Of a stretch of DNA of 64,000 bases, positions 30,825 through 39,454 are shown one piece after another; positions within the stretch are counted from its first letter, which is position 1; each line of letters opens with the position of its first letter. Under the pieces are notes generated by a model. The model was not told the origin of the DNA and searched no databases. It worked only from the letters and a program-made list of their open reading frames with translations. Source of the stretch: Candidatus Latescibacterota bacterium (lineage in GTDB: Bacteria > Latescibacterota > UBA2968 > GCA-2709665); assembly GCA_965226795.1 (NCBI GenBank), contig CBDDDZ010000005.1, positions 1,440,001 to 1,504,000 of the forward strand, in the 5' to 3' direction. Made by a program: the position numbers and the translations under genes.

Positions 30825-32244
30825 TTATGGATATGCCTTTGCCAAATTGCAGAGGATGGTGTCATAGAGGTGTTTCAAGGGAAATGAGGTTGGCAAATGG
30901 AGTTTGATTTGGGTTTTGAGTTCAGACACTCTCCCGGCGACTTTGAGAATACGATGCTGAATGGTATTAAACTGCGCGTGCGCCCATTGGGTGGCTTGGA
31001 GTCCTATTTCAGTTAGGGTGTGCATCAAGACATAAGCGGCACTATGGAGGAAGAGACGGAAGTGATTGGCTTCAAACGTGTGACAAGAGGTACGATCGGA
31101 ATGGAGAAAGGTTTTGTGATTCTTAATGAAGTTTTCCATCGGAATGGAGAAAGGTTTTGTGATTCTTAATGAAGCCTGCCTGGCCGGCAGACAGGCCGCG
31201 CGCGCAATAGACGGTTTTGTAGATGAATGAGGGCTGGCTACTGTCCAGGTTGGTGACGACAAAGCGTGCATTTGCTTGCCCCGAAGCGGTGATCTCGGCT
31301 TTGTAGATGATGCGTCTTGGCAATGCCCAGGTATGGGCCTGGTAACCGAAACAGGTAAATAGCTGCAAGGGCTGTCCGGTTTCCTGATACCGGGCTTTTG
31401 CCTGCGCCATCAAGGGGTGTCCCCGTGCTGCAAGCCTCGTATTTCCGGCCTGTCCCAGCACAAAATACACCTCGTGCTCGTCGCAAAAGTCGTGGACCTC
31501 AGGACAAGAAAAATGGGAATCGCCACGCAAAAAGATGCCCACGTCCGGCCAGGCCTGACGAAGGGTTTTCACAAGTCGTTTGAGAATGCTGACAATCTGT
31601 TTCCCGGAAGGACGCGCACCCGGACGCAGGAGGGTCGTGATCAGTCTTCCTGTCTGGCCTTCATAAATGTGCAAGGGCATGTAACAGCGTTCATCATAAT
31701 AGCCATTGAACAACGACAACGGTTGATCGCCGTGAACCTCGTCATCGGTGTCATCGATATCCAGAACGACCGCTTCGGGAGGCGTATCGTAGGAAGCGAT
31801 GAACCCGTCCACAAGGGCCTTGGCAATGCGATATAAGTCCCTGCGACGAATTCCGTTTTCCAATCGACTCATCGTCGGTTGGCTGGCCAACGCCGCCCCT
31901 GACACCGGCAACCGATCACAGGCCGCCTTGAAGGCGGGGTCCCGGCGCAACGCATTGCAATCGTTCGCATCCTCATACCCGCACGCGATCTGAAAGACAC
32001 GCTGGTTGATCAGATCCGCACACGTGTGATCCACATAACTTGGATGCCGACGGTCGGTTAACGCCTCAACGATCCGAGACAGAATGCCGATTTTGGACGC
32101 CACCTCTCGAAGCAGCATCAACCCGATATCGCTTGTGAGCACCCCTCCATCGAAGACGGCTTCTACCGGTTTGCCCGAAAGACTTGCGAAAGAAACCCTG
32201 TGATGCTTATCTTGAACTTCCACGGTAGTTTCCTCCCGGTTCAT
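30825..32244 (-). pseudogene. IS1380-family transposase, interrupted at 31095-31195
   Basis: FDGG.LTSD.G, GYEDAND, LASQPTMSRLEN, LDIDDTDD, LRGDSHF, ARFVVTN; the C-terminal MENFIK..SDRTSC.. is in a second frame after a 37-bp duplication plus a palindrome. Confidence 0.85.
31095..31174. repeat. 37-bp direct repeat (31095-31131 and 31138-31174)
   Basis: ATCGGAATGGAGAAAGGTTTTGTGATTCTTAATGAAG twice, separated by TTTTCC. Confidence 0.95.
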
Positions 32245-32389
32245 TGTTGTATGGTTATCCGTCTAACCATAATATAATACAATGACTTGGGTAAGGAAAC
32301 TACCTTTTTGTGAATTATTCGGGCTAACGAGCACCGACGGGTGAATTGAGGAAATCTGCCGGTTTATCGTTTACGCAAAGGAGAGACCC

Positions 32390-33403
32390 ATGGGAGCGCC
32401 GTCGGAACTGCTGGCGATTCAACCCCGTGCGCAGTCCGAATTACCGGGCAACCTAATATCTTTTGGGGCGCGTTTGAGGCGGGAGAGTGTCGATCTCCGG
32501 CGCGAGACACTGGATACGCTTCAGATCAACGTAGGGAAGCTGTGCAATCAGGCGTGCAGGCACTGCCACGTGGATGCCGGTCCGAATCGGACGGAAGTGA
32601 TGACTCGCGACACGATGCGGTCGATCCTGACGTTTCTCGCCGCGACGGATATTCCGATGGTGGATATTACCGGCGGAGCGCCGGAGGTGAACCCTCATTT
32701 TCGATATCTGGTTAAACAGATCCGACGACTTGGTCGCAACATAATCGTAAGGTGCAACCTTACGGTGATATTCGAACCGGGTATGGAGGATCTGCCTGAC
32801 TTCTACCGTGAGCACGAGGTGGAGTTGGTCTGCTCATTGCCCTGTTATCTGGAGGAAAACGTTGATCAGCAGCGTGGGAAAGGCGTATTTTACGATAGCA
32901 TCGAGGCGCTTCAACGCCTCAATTCGATCGGATATGGAAGGCCGGATACAGGCCTTCAGCTTCATCTGGTTTACAATCCGGTTGGCGCCTCGCTCCCACC
33001 GCCACAGGCCGAACTCGAGGCGGACTATAAGCGGGTTCTGGGTGAGCGTTACGGAATTTCGTTCAATCGTCTCTTTACAATAACCAATATGCCGATCAGC
33101 CGGTTTAACGACTATTTACAACGTCGTGGGGAATACGTCGGCTACACGCAGACGTTGCACGACCATTTCAACGTGAAAACGATCGATCGCCTGATGTGTC
33201 GGTTTCTCGTAAGCGTAGACTGGGAAGGCAACATCTACGACTGCGATTTCAACCAGATGCTGGATATGCATCTGTCCGGCAAGCCAAAAAAACTGTGGGA
33301 GGTGTCGCCGGGGTGGTTAATCGACCGAAGGATCCGGATTGCCGACCACTGCTATGGTTGCACCGCAGGCGCGGGTAGCAGTTGCGGCGGTGATTTGACT
33401 TGA
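32390..33403 (+). CDS. arsS: Arsenosugar-biosynthesis-type radical SAM protein (DUF3641 C-terminus)
   Basis: LQINVGKLCNQACRHCHVDAGP (CxxxCxxC), DITGGAPE, NMPISRF, YDCDFNQML, HCYGCTAGAGSSCGG. Confidence 0.88.
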   Translation: MGAPSELLAIQPRAQSELPGNLISFGARLRRESVDLRRETLDTLQINVGKLCNQACRHCHVDAGPNRTEVMTRDTMRSILTFLAATDIPMVDITGGAPEVNPHFRYLVKQIRRLGRNIIVRCNLTVIFEPGMEDLPDFYREHEVELVCSLPCYLEENVDQQRGKGVFYDSIEALQRLNSIGYGRPDTGLQLHLVYNPVGASLPPPQAELEADYKRVLGERYGISFNRLFTITNMPISRFNDYLQRRGEYVGYTQTLHDHFNVKTIDRLMCRFLVSVDWEGNIYDCDFNQMLDMHLSGKPKKLWEVSPGWLIDRRIRIADHCYGCTAGAGSSCGGDLT

Positions 33404-33445
33404 AAGGCGACGATCCGCTTCAGTGTTCAGGCGGAAGGTGTACGA

Positions 33446-33476
33446 CGGGGTCGGCCGATTCAAACGGCCGACCCCG
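33446..33476. terminator. Hairpin between convergent arsS and arsC
   Basis: Perfect 12-bp stem CGGGGTCGGCCG/CGGCCGACCCCG with a 7-nt loop. Confidence 0.55.
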
Positions 33477-33494
33477 GTTCATTCCCGGCTGGAC

Positions 33495-33920
33495 TTAACC
33501 GAAGTCATTCCGGCCGGCATCGAGAAATGCCCGAATCCGACCTTGTATTTCGTCTCTGACCCTTCGAAAAACGATCATCCGCTGGTCCTCGGTGCCGGTT
33601 GCTTCCGCCGGATCTTCGAAGCTCCAGTGGATACGTGCAGTAGCGTCCGGGTAGACCGGGCAGTTGCCGTTTGCCCGGTCGCACACCGTGACGACGACGT
33701 CCATCGTCGGATCCGCAAGGGTATCGGGACCCTTTGATCGCTGCCTGGAGATATCGATTCCGACTTCAGCCATCACCTTGACCGCCAGCGGATTCAGGGT
33801 GGTGGGGTGGGTGCCCGCACTCAGAGATTCGAAACGGTCTCCCGCGATGTGCCGGAGAAAACCCTCCGCCATCTGGCTCCTGCAGGAGTTTCCCGTGCAG
33901 AGGAACAGTAATCGTTTCAT
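33495..33920 (-). CDS. arsC: Arsenate reductase, thioredoxin-coupled (LMW-PTP fold)
   Basis: LFLCTGNSCRSQMAEG, VTVCD...CP, HWSFEDP, FRRVRDEI. Confidence 0.9.
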   Translation of the reverse strand: MKRLLFLCTGNSCRSQMAEGFLRHIAGDRFESLSAGTHPTTLNPLAVKVMAEVGIDISRQRSKGPDTLADPTMDVVVTVCDRANGNCPVYPDATARIHWSFEDPAEATGTEDQRMIVFRRVRDEIQGRIRAFLDAGRNDFG

Positions 33921-33937
33921 TGAGCCATGCGCAGAGA

Positions 33938-36439
33938 TCATCCACGGTTATCGGACGGGACGACGTCAACTGAAAGTGTAATTGAAGATGGCGGCAGACA
34001 TCGGGTGTCGTCGCAGGCCTGAAAATCCAGGACCAGGTTCAACCGAAGGGTGCCGGGCGGGTAACGCCTGATTTCGAAGATTGCTGGAATCGTGACTTCG
34101 CCTTCGTAGACGGCCAGAGGCTGATCGGCAAAAGGAAAACGGACGCTTTTCGCCGACGGGTACGAAATATCGATGGCTTCGAGCGGGTGTTCGGAAGATA
34201 TGCTGAGCGTCGTTGGAACCAGAAAATCCATTGAAGCGGGGTTGGCGTTGATGTGCCAACCCTTCTTTACTTTCAGTCTTACCAGGAGTTCCAGCCGCCC
34301 TCCGGCAACCGGGGGTGTGGTGCGCACTATCGCCGTGGCTTTTACGGCCTCATGGCTTGCCGAAATGATCGAATCGGTGGATGCCCGTGCGCCCGACACC
34401 GCCGTATCGTGAACAATCGGCGTGAGCTTGGAGGAATTCATTTCCAGGTATCTCAACAAACCGTGATACATATTGTTGAAACCGCCCGGACTCTGTTGCA
34501 ACAAGGCACCAAAGGTATGCAGCGACCGCGACGCCAGGTCCATATATTCCGCTTTTTTCGTCAGCTTGTGAAGGCTGAGCAAGGCATGCACGGCAACCGA
34601 ATTACCGGAAGGTATGGCGCCGTCGTAGGGTTTCTTGGTACGGGTGATGAGGTGTTCAACACCGCTGGTGAAGAAAAAACCGCCTCCATCCGCGTCCCAG
34701 TAAAGGCTGCGCATTCGCTCGGACAGAGCTTCGGCTTCTCTGAGGTACCGGGGCTCTCCGGAAGCCTCGTGCAGCGACACCAGGCCCTGGATGAGAAACG
34801 CATAGTCCTCCTGAAAACCCAGATTCTCTGCCGTTCCGTTCCGATAGATGCGAATGAGGTCGCCGTTCCCGTCTCGCATGCGACCCAGGACAAAGTTCGC
34901 AGCCCTGCGCGCGGCGCGCAGATAGGAAGCGGATTTCAATAGGGCGTATGCATCGGCATAGGCCGCAATCATCAAACCATTCCATGCGGTGATAATTTTG
35001 TCGTCCAGCAGGGGCCGAACTCGCAGTTGTCTGGCGGATAGCAGTTTTTGCTTCAGCGGCCGGAGCCGGTCCCGGAGACCCGCGGGGGGCAGGGACAGTA
35101 TGTCTGCCGCCGCGTCCAGGGTTGTTGGCAAATAGAGGACCATTCTGTCGCCTTCCGGCATTCGCGCAAGGTCGTAGACCTTGAGAAAGAGGTCTGCGTC
35201 CTCTTTGAGAATGCGCCGAATTTCGGCTCGGGTCCAGAGATAGTATTCACCTTCCTTGCCGCTGGTTTCCGAGTCTAGGGCGGAGTAGAAGGCGCCTTCC
35301 GGCGAGGTCATTTCCCGCGATACGTATTGGAGAATATCCTCTGCTGTGTAACGATAGTGCTGATTGCCGGTCATCTGATACGCGCGGAGGTAGATTCTGG
35401 CCAACTGGGCCTGGTTGTAGAGCATTTTCTCAAAATGCGGTACCTGCCAACCTGGATCGATGGCGTAGCGATGGAATCCGCCGCCGAGGTGATCAAAGAT
35501 GCCGCCTGCGGCCATATTGTCCAGCGTGCCAGTCACGATGTCCAGGAGTTCGCTTTCGTTCCGGAGTTGGTATTGAGACATGAGCAGGTCGAGTGCCTGA
35601 TCGGGAGGAAATTTCGGTGCGTCTCCAAATCCACCATGTACGGGGTCAAAGGATTGTTTGAGTTTTCCAATAGCCCGATCCAGGGTGCTATAACCCGGCG
35701 CGATATCGGATGTTTCGGGAGGAGCTACCAGATGGATTCTCCCCAGGGCGGACGAAATGTACCTGGATTGCGCGACGACATCCGACCTTCGGTTTGTCCA
35801 CGCGTTTCGGATGACCTCAATTACGCGGGGAAAGCCCGGGCGGTTGTATCGGGGATCGTCCTTCGGCGGGAAATAGGTACCCGCAAAAAAAGGATATTGT
35901 TCGGGAGTGAGGAAAACGGAGTTCGGCCACCCGCCGTGTCCGGCGATGATCCTGGTTGCTGTCATGTAGATTTCGTCGATGTCGGGCCGCTCTTCCCTGT
36001 CGACCTTGATATTGACGAAGTTGTCGTTCATTTGCTTGGCTATCGCGGGATCTGAAAAAACGAGGCGTTCCATCACGTGGCACCAGTAGCAGGTTGCGTA
36101 CCCCACCGAAAGGAAAATTGGTTTGTCTTCCCGGCGTGCGCGTTCGATGGCCTCGGTTCCCCACGGATACCAATCCACCGGGTTGTGGGCGTGCAGCAAC
36201 AGGTAGGGACTGGTTTCACGAATGAGCCGGTTGGTGTATTTCCAGGTCCCGTCGGCGTCTTTGAGGGGGTGCACAGCCCCGTCGGCGTTCGAATCGGATG
36301 CGGCTTCCTGAGAGCCGCCCTGAGGCGGCGATGGCTGCCCCGAAGCATTCGCACGACAGACGGTACCGATTGCCATAACGGCGACCATGGCGGCCAGGAT
36401 CGCATAGCGACCGGGTGCGAATGTTGTTGGATAGTTCAT
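33938..36439 (-). CDS. Exported YyaL/DUF255 thioredoxin-domain protein with C-terminal DsbD-N-like domain
   Basis: Signal peptide; [41 protein letters not shown]-terminal GWHINAN...YEGEV...[11 protein letters not shown]. Confidence 0.88.
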   Translation of the reverse strand: MNYPTTFAPGRYAILAAMVAVMAIGTVCRANASGQPSPPQGGSQEAASDSNADGAVHPLKDADGTWKYTNRLIRETSPYLLLHAHNPVDWYPWGTEAIERARREDKPIFLSVGYATCYWCHVMERLVFSDPAIAKQMNDNFVNIKVDREERPDIDEIYMTATRIIAGHGGWPNSVFLTPEQYPFFAGTYFPPKDDPRYNRPGFPRVIEVIRNAWTNRRSDVVAQSRYISSALGRIHLVAPPETSDIAPGYSTLDRAIGKLKQSFDPVHGGFGDAPKFPPDQALDLLMSQYQLRNESELLDIVTGTLDNMAAGGIFDHLGGGFHRYAIDPGWQVPHFEKMLYNQAQLARIYLRAYQMTGNQHYRYTAEDILQYVSREMTSPEGAFYSALDSETSGKEGEYYLWTRAEIRRILKEDADLFLKVYDLARMPEGDRMVLYLPTTLDAAADILSLPPAGLRDRLRPLKQKLLSARQLRVRPLLDDKIITAWNGLMIAAYADAYALLKSASYLRAARRAANFVLGRMRDGNGDLIRIYRNGTAENLGFQEDYAFLIQGLVSLHEASGEPRYLREAEALSERMRSLYWDADGGGFFFTSGVEHLITRTKKPYDGAIPSGNSVAVHALLSLHKLTKKAEYMDLASRSLHTFGALLQQSPGGFNNMYHGLLRYLEMNSSKLTPIVHDTAVSGARASTDSIISASHEAVKATAIVRTTPPVAGGRLELLVRLKVKKGWHINANPASMDFLVPTTLSISSEHPLEAIDISYPSAKSVRFPFADQPLAVYEGEVTIPAIFEIRRYPPGTLRLNLVLDFQACDDTRCLPPSSITLSVDVVPSDNRG

Positions 36440-36545
36440 GTTGGCGGGCTTAAGAAAAGTGGGGAATCCTGACGTTCATCGTCTCTGTGGCGATCTCGGG
36501 ACTTGCACTTTCGAAAGGACGTAAGGGCATAAACGATCGAGGAGG

Positions 36546-37793
36546 TTAGCCGGTAAACGCGTGTCTGATTTTGTCCACCGCCTCCACGATGTCGTCCATG
36601 TCTTCTCGCGTGCCCAGGAGCATGGACTGGTAGAACCATACACTGTGCCTGCACGCATGTTCAACCCTCGGGCAAGGTAACCTGCGCACGAGATCGGGGT
36701 ATTCTTCCGAAACGCTCTTCAGGGCGCCTTCGTCCGTCAGCGGCCGCTGGTAACCGGGTGTACAGTCGATGCCTTCGGCGATCAGGGCTCTGATGAATTC
36801 GTCTCTGCTTTGGCCGCCGAAATATTCCGGTTCGTAGAGCGTCATGTACAGATGGTATCCGTGCTGTGTGACCCAGGGACGCGCCGCGGGAGGGGTCACG
36901 CCGCCGACCTTTCGCAGTTCACGGGTAAGATAGACCGCGTTTCGACACCTAATCTCGGTCTGAAGCTGCAATCTCTTGAGTCTTCCCAGAAGGATGCACG
37001 CCAGATATTCGGAGGTGCGATAGTTCCATCCGTGGCGCGGGTATTCCCATCGTTCGCCACCGGGGCGCCGACCGACGTCACTGAATGCGCATGCCCGTTC
37101 GTGAATGTGCCCATGGTTGGTGACAAGGCAGCCGCCCTCGCCAACCGTAAGGTTCTTGCTGGACTGGAAGCTGTACGCGCCAACATCGCCAAGCGGGCCG
37201 ACCTTCCGGCCGTAATGTTCGGCGCCGTGGGCCTGAGCGGCATCTTCAACCACCACCAGGCCATGTTTGTCGGCGATGGCGTTCAGGGCGTCCATATCCG
37301 CGGCGTGCCCTCCCACATGCACTGGAAGAATGCCTACAGTACTCGGGGTTATGGCCGCCTCTACTGCGGTCGGGTCGAGGGTAAAACTGACCGGATCGAT
37401 ATCTGCCAGCGCCAGCCTGCAACGCACGGACAGAGCGGCGCTGGCCGTGGCGATGAACGTATAGTTGGGGATAATGATTTCCCCTCCCGCCCGAAGCCCG
37501 TCGAGATCAAGCGCGCCGGCTATGGAGGCGGATATCGCGTCAGTACCATGTGGCATCATCAAGCCGTAGCCGGCGCCGCAATAGTCCGCGAACGCCTGTC
37601 CGAACCGGTCGCTCCTGCTTGCCGGAAGACCCTCTATCTTTCCCAGGTAAACTTCCCGGAGCGCCGGCTCGATTTCGCTTTCCCACTCGGTCTCGGTGTT
37701 GGCGGGCCAGGCTGGCCACGGATTCTCGCGCCGATTGCGTACGGGTGTGCCCCCATTCACCGCCAGCCGGTTGGCAGAAATCAGATTTGGCAT
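36546..37793 (-). CDS. DegT/DnrJ/EryC1/StrS family PLP aminotransferase
   Basis: YTFIATASA, PVHVGG, EDAAQAHGA, SFQSSKNLT.GEGG, GWNYR. Confidence 0.92.
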   Translation of the reverse strand: MPNLISANRLAVNGGTPVRNRRENPWPAWPANTETEWESEIEPALREVYLGKIEGLPASRSDRFGQAFADYCGAGYGLMMPHGTDAISASIAGALDLDGLRAGGEIIIPNYTFIATASAALSVRCRLALADIDPVSFTLDPTAVEAAITPSTVGILPVHVGGHAADMDALNAIADKHGLVVVEDAAQAHGAEHYGRKVGPLGDVGAYSFQSSKNLTVGEGGCLVTNHGHIHERACAFSDVGRRPGGERWEYPRHGWNYRTSEYLACILLGRLKRLQLQTEIRCRNAVYLTRELRKVGGVTPPAARPWVTQHGYHLYMTLYEPEYFGGQSRDEFIRALIAEGIDCTPGYQRPLTDEGALKSVSEEYPDLVRRLPCPRVEHACRHSVWFYQSMLLGTREDMDDIVEAVDKIRHAFTG

Positions 37794-37949
37794 CAGAACT
37801 CCCGTGAACGTGTCTGGATAATTCGCGGTTTCTTTCGGTCCCGAGCGGGTTCCTCACACTGTTGAAGGAAGCCCGGCGCACGAGGCGTATCGACGGGCGA
37901 GGACCAAAGATGCCGGCGGGCAAGAGCCAGGCACTACTGCGTGAATCGA

Positions 37950-39185
37950 TCAATCCGCCACGAGTTCGCAGGCAGCCGCGCGCACCAGCTTCTCGCTTTC
38001 GACTGCGAGCCCGGCATATCTGGGTTCCATACCGCCTTCGCGGTGGGCCTTGGGGGTACTCAGGTAACCGACGTCGGCTGTCGGGCCGGACAGGACGATG
38101 CTGAGTCCGCCCGGTGCCGCAGACTTGATCGCCGACGCGGTTTCAACGAAGATTTCACCGGGAAGGTGAATTATATTGACCCCACACGCTGAGACCCTTG
38201 TGATGGTGTAGTCCAGAAATAGCCTGCCGGTTTCGAAATGTCGGCTGCCGTAGGCCTGAAACCGCTGGAGGCCGTCGGAACGTCTCGGCGTTGTTTTCAG
38301 TTCGTCCTCGACGGCATCGTGATCCTCATACGAAAACGTGTGCAACTGAACAGTTTTCTGGGTGACATGGAGGTCCCCGGAACCGTTCATGCCCGCCTGT
38401 TCCAATGCGTAGAGTGCCGCCCCTCCGACACTGTTGCCCACACGCCTGTAAGTACGACCGGCTCGGCTCACGGGTACCACGTTTCCGATGCTACCCGGAA
38501 GAAACAGCGCATTGACACCCGCCGCTTCGACCACACTTCGGGCGACACCCGGATAGTCAGCGGAAATATGCCCGTATTTGTCGGTGTTGCACAGCGCGTG
38601 GCAGCCGAATACGATTGCGCAATGGGTCGGATTACCTTTCGCACCGTCAATTCGGAGCACGTAGACGTTGTCGTCAACTTCGGCATAGGTGAGTTCGGGA
38701 CGAGGGTAGGGGAATTTGAAGTTGCTCATAACCAGGTTTCCGTCCTGATCGTATGAGCGCCGGTTATAGAGAATATTGGGAGCGGGACTGGCGCCTGCGC
38801 CCAGACGCGAGGGTTCCATCGCATTGGCGGCTTTACGGACGGCTGCTGCCATATTGTCCGCGAAAAAATCCTCCCTTCCATAGTACTTCAACGTCTCACA
38901 GGGAATGCTGACATATGATTGGAATAAAATGGGCGTGGTGCCGACATGGGACGCACAGGGCAGGATGTGGTTTAGATTCAGCCAGGCGATGTCCCTGAGA
39001 CGTTCCCTGACGCGAGCCATGAGATCTTCTTCGATGCTGAAGCAATCCCCGGCCAGGAAGGTGACGTTGGTGTCCCCTTTCCGAAGGATAAGGGCGCGGA
39101 AGGAGATCGGATCGTAAACTCTAAAGGAGCCATCTGGCGGTTCTTCAGGGGTAAAGTCCTGAATGCCGAATCCGGTTTCCAGCAC
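37950..39185 (-). CDS. Hypothetical protein, neutral/alkaline ceramidase-like hydrolase fold
   Basis: DPISFRALIL, ASH, FGCH, ISADYPG, G.IGNV.P, LPGEIFVE, GYL...EGG.E pattern. Confidence 0.65.
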   Translation of the reverse strand: MLETGFGIQDFTPEEPPDGSFRVYDPISFRALILRKGDTNVTFLAGDCFSIEEDLMARVRERLRDIAWLNLNHILPCASHVGTTPILFQSYVSIPCETLKYYGREDFFADNMAAAVRKAANAMEPSRLGAGASPAPNILYNRRSYDQDGNLVMSNFKFPYPRPELTYAEVDDNVYVLRIDGAKGNPTHCAIVFGCHALCNTDKYGHISADYPGVARSVVEAAGVNALFLPGSIGNVVPVSRAGRTYRRVGNSVGGAALYALEQAGMNGSGDLHVTQKTVQLHTFSYEDHDAVEDELKTTPRRSDGLQRFQAYGSRHFETGRLFLDYTITRVSACGVNIIHLPGEIFVETASAIKSAAPGGLSIVLSGPTADVGYLSTPKAHREGGMEPRYAGLAVESEKLVRAAACELVAD

Positions 39186-39295
39186 GTTAAGCCCCCTCTG
39201 TTGTAATTGAGTCGCGAAAGTGGTTCATTGATAGGGTAATTTCCACCGGGCGTCAAGTGTTTTCCTGCAGTGCGCCACCTTGCGGGCGGTGAGCC

Positions 39296-39324
39296 TTGAC
39301 GTATCCGTCGGTATGGGTTACATT
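39296..39324 (+). promoter_or_regulatory. sigma70 promoter for the FAD-oxidase operon
   Basis: TTGACG-17 nt-TACATT. Confidence 0.55.
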
Positions 39325-39454
39325 ATCGGTTTGTCGGTGCCGGTTTGGCCGGTCCGCGCCGTTTACGGTTTGGTTGTAAGGGCGCGAAGAGCCGCCGGGC
39401 GCGCGGTTGGACGAATTCAGCAAATGCTGTTCGAGACGAAGCAAGGGAGATCTG

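Larger units (their letters stand above)
30592..32323 (-). mobile_element. IS1380-family insertion sequence
   Basis: Imperfect IRs CCTGATTAATTCATGAAAA (from 30592) and TTTTGTGAATTATTCGGG (to 32323) enclose an IS1380-type transposase. Confidence 0.82.

Noticed and set aside
31095..31174. 37-bp direct repeat as a mini-CRISPR
   Set aside because: Only two copies with a 6-nt gap, it is transposase coding sequence, and no cas genes are present.
33340..33403. Selenocysteine in the ArsS C-terminal GSSxGG motif
   Set aside because: The codon is TGC (Cys), and the TGA at 33401-33403 comes after the complete motif.
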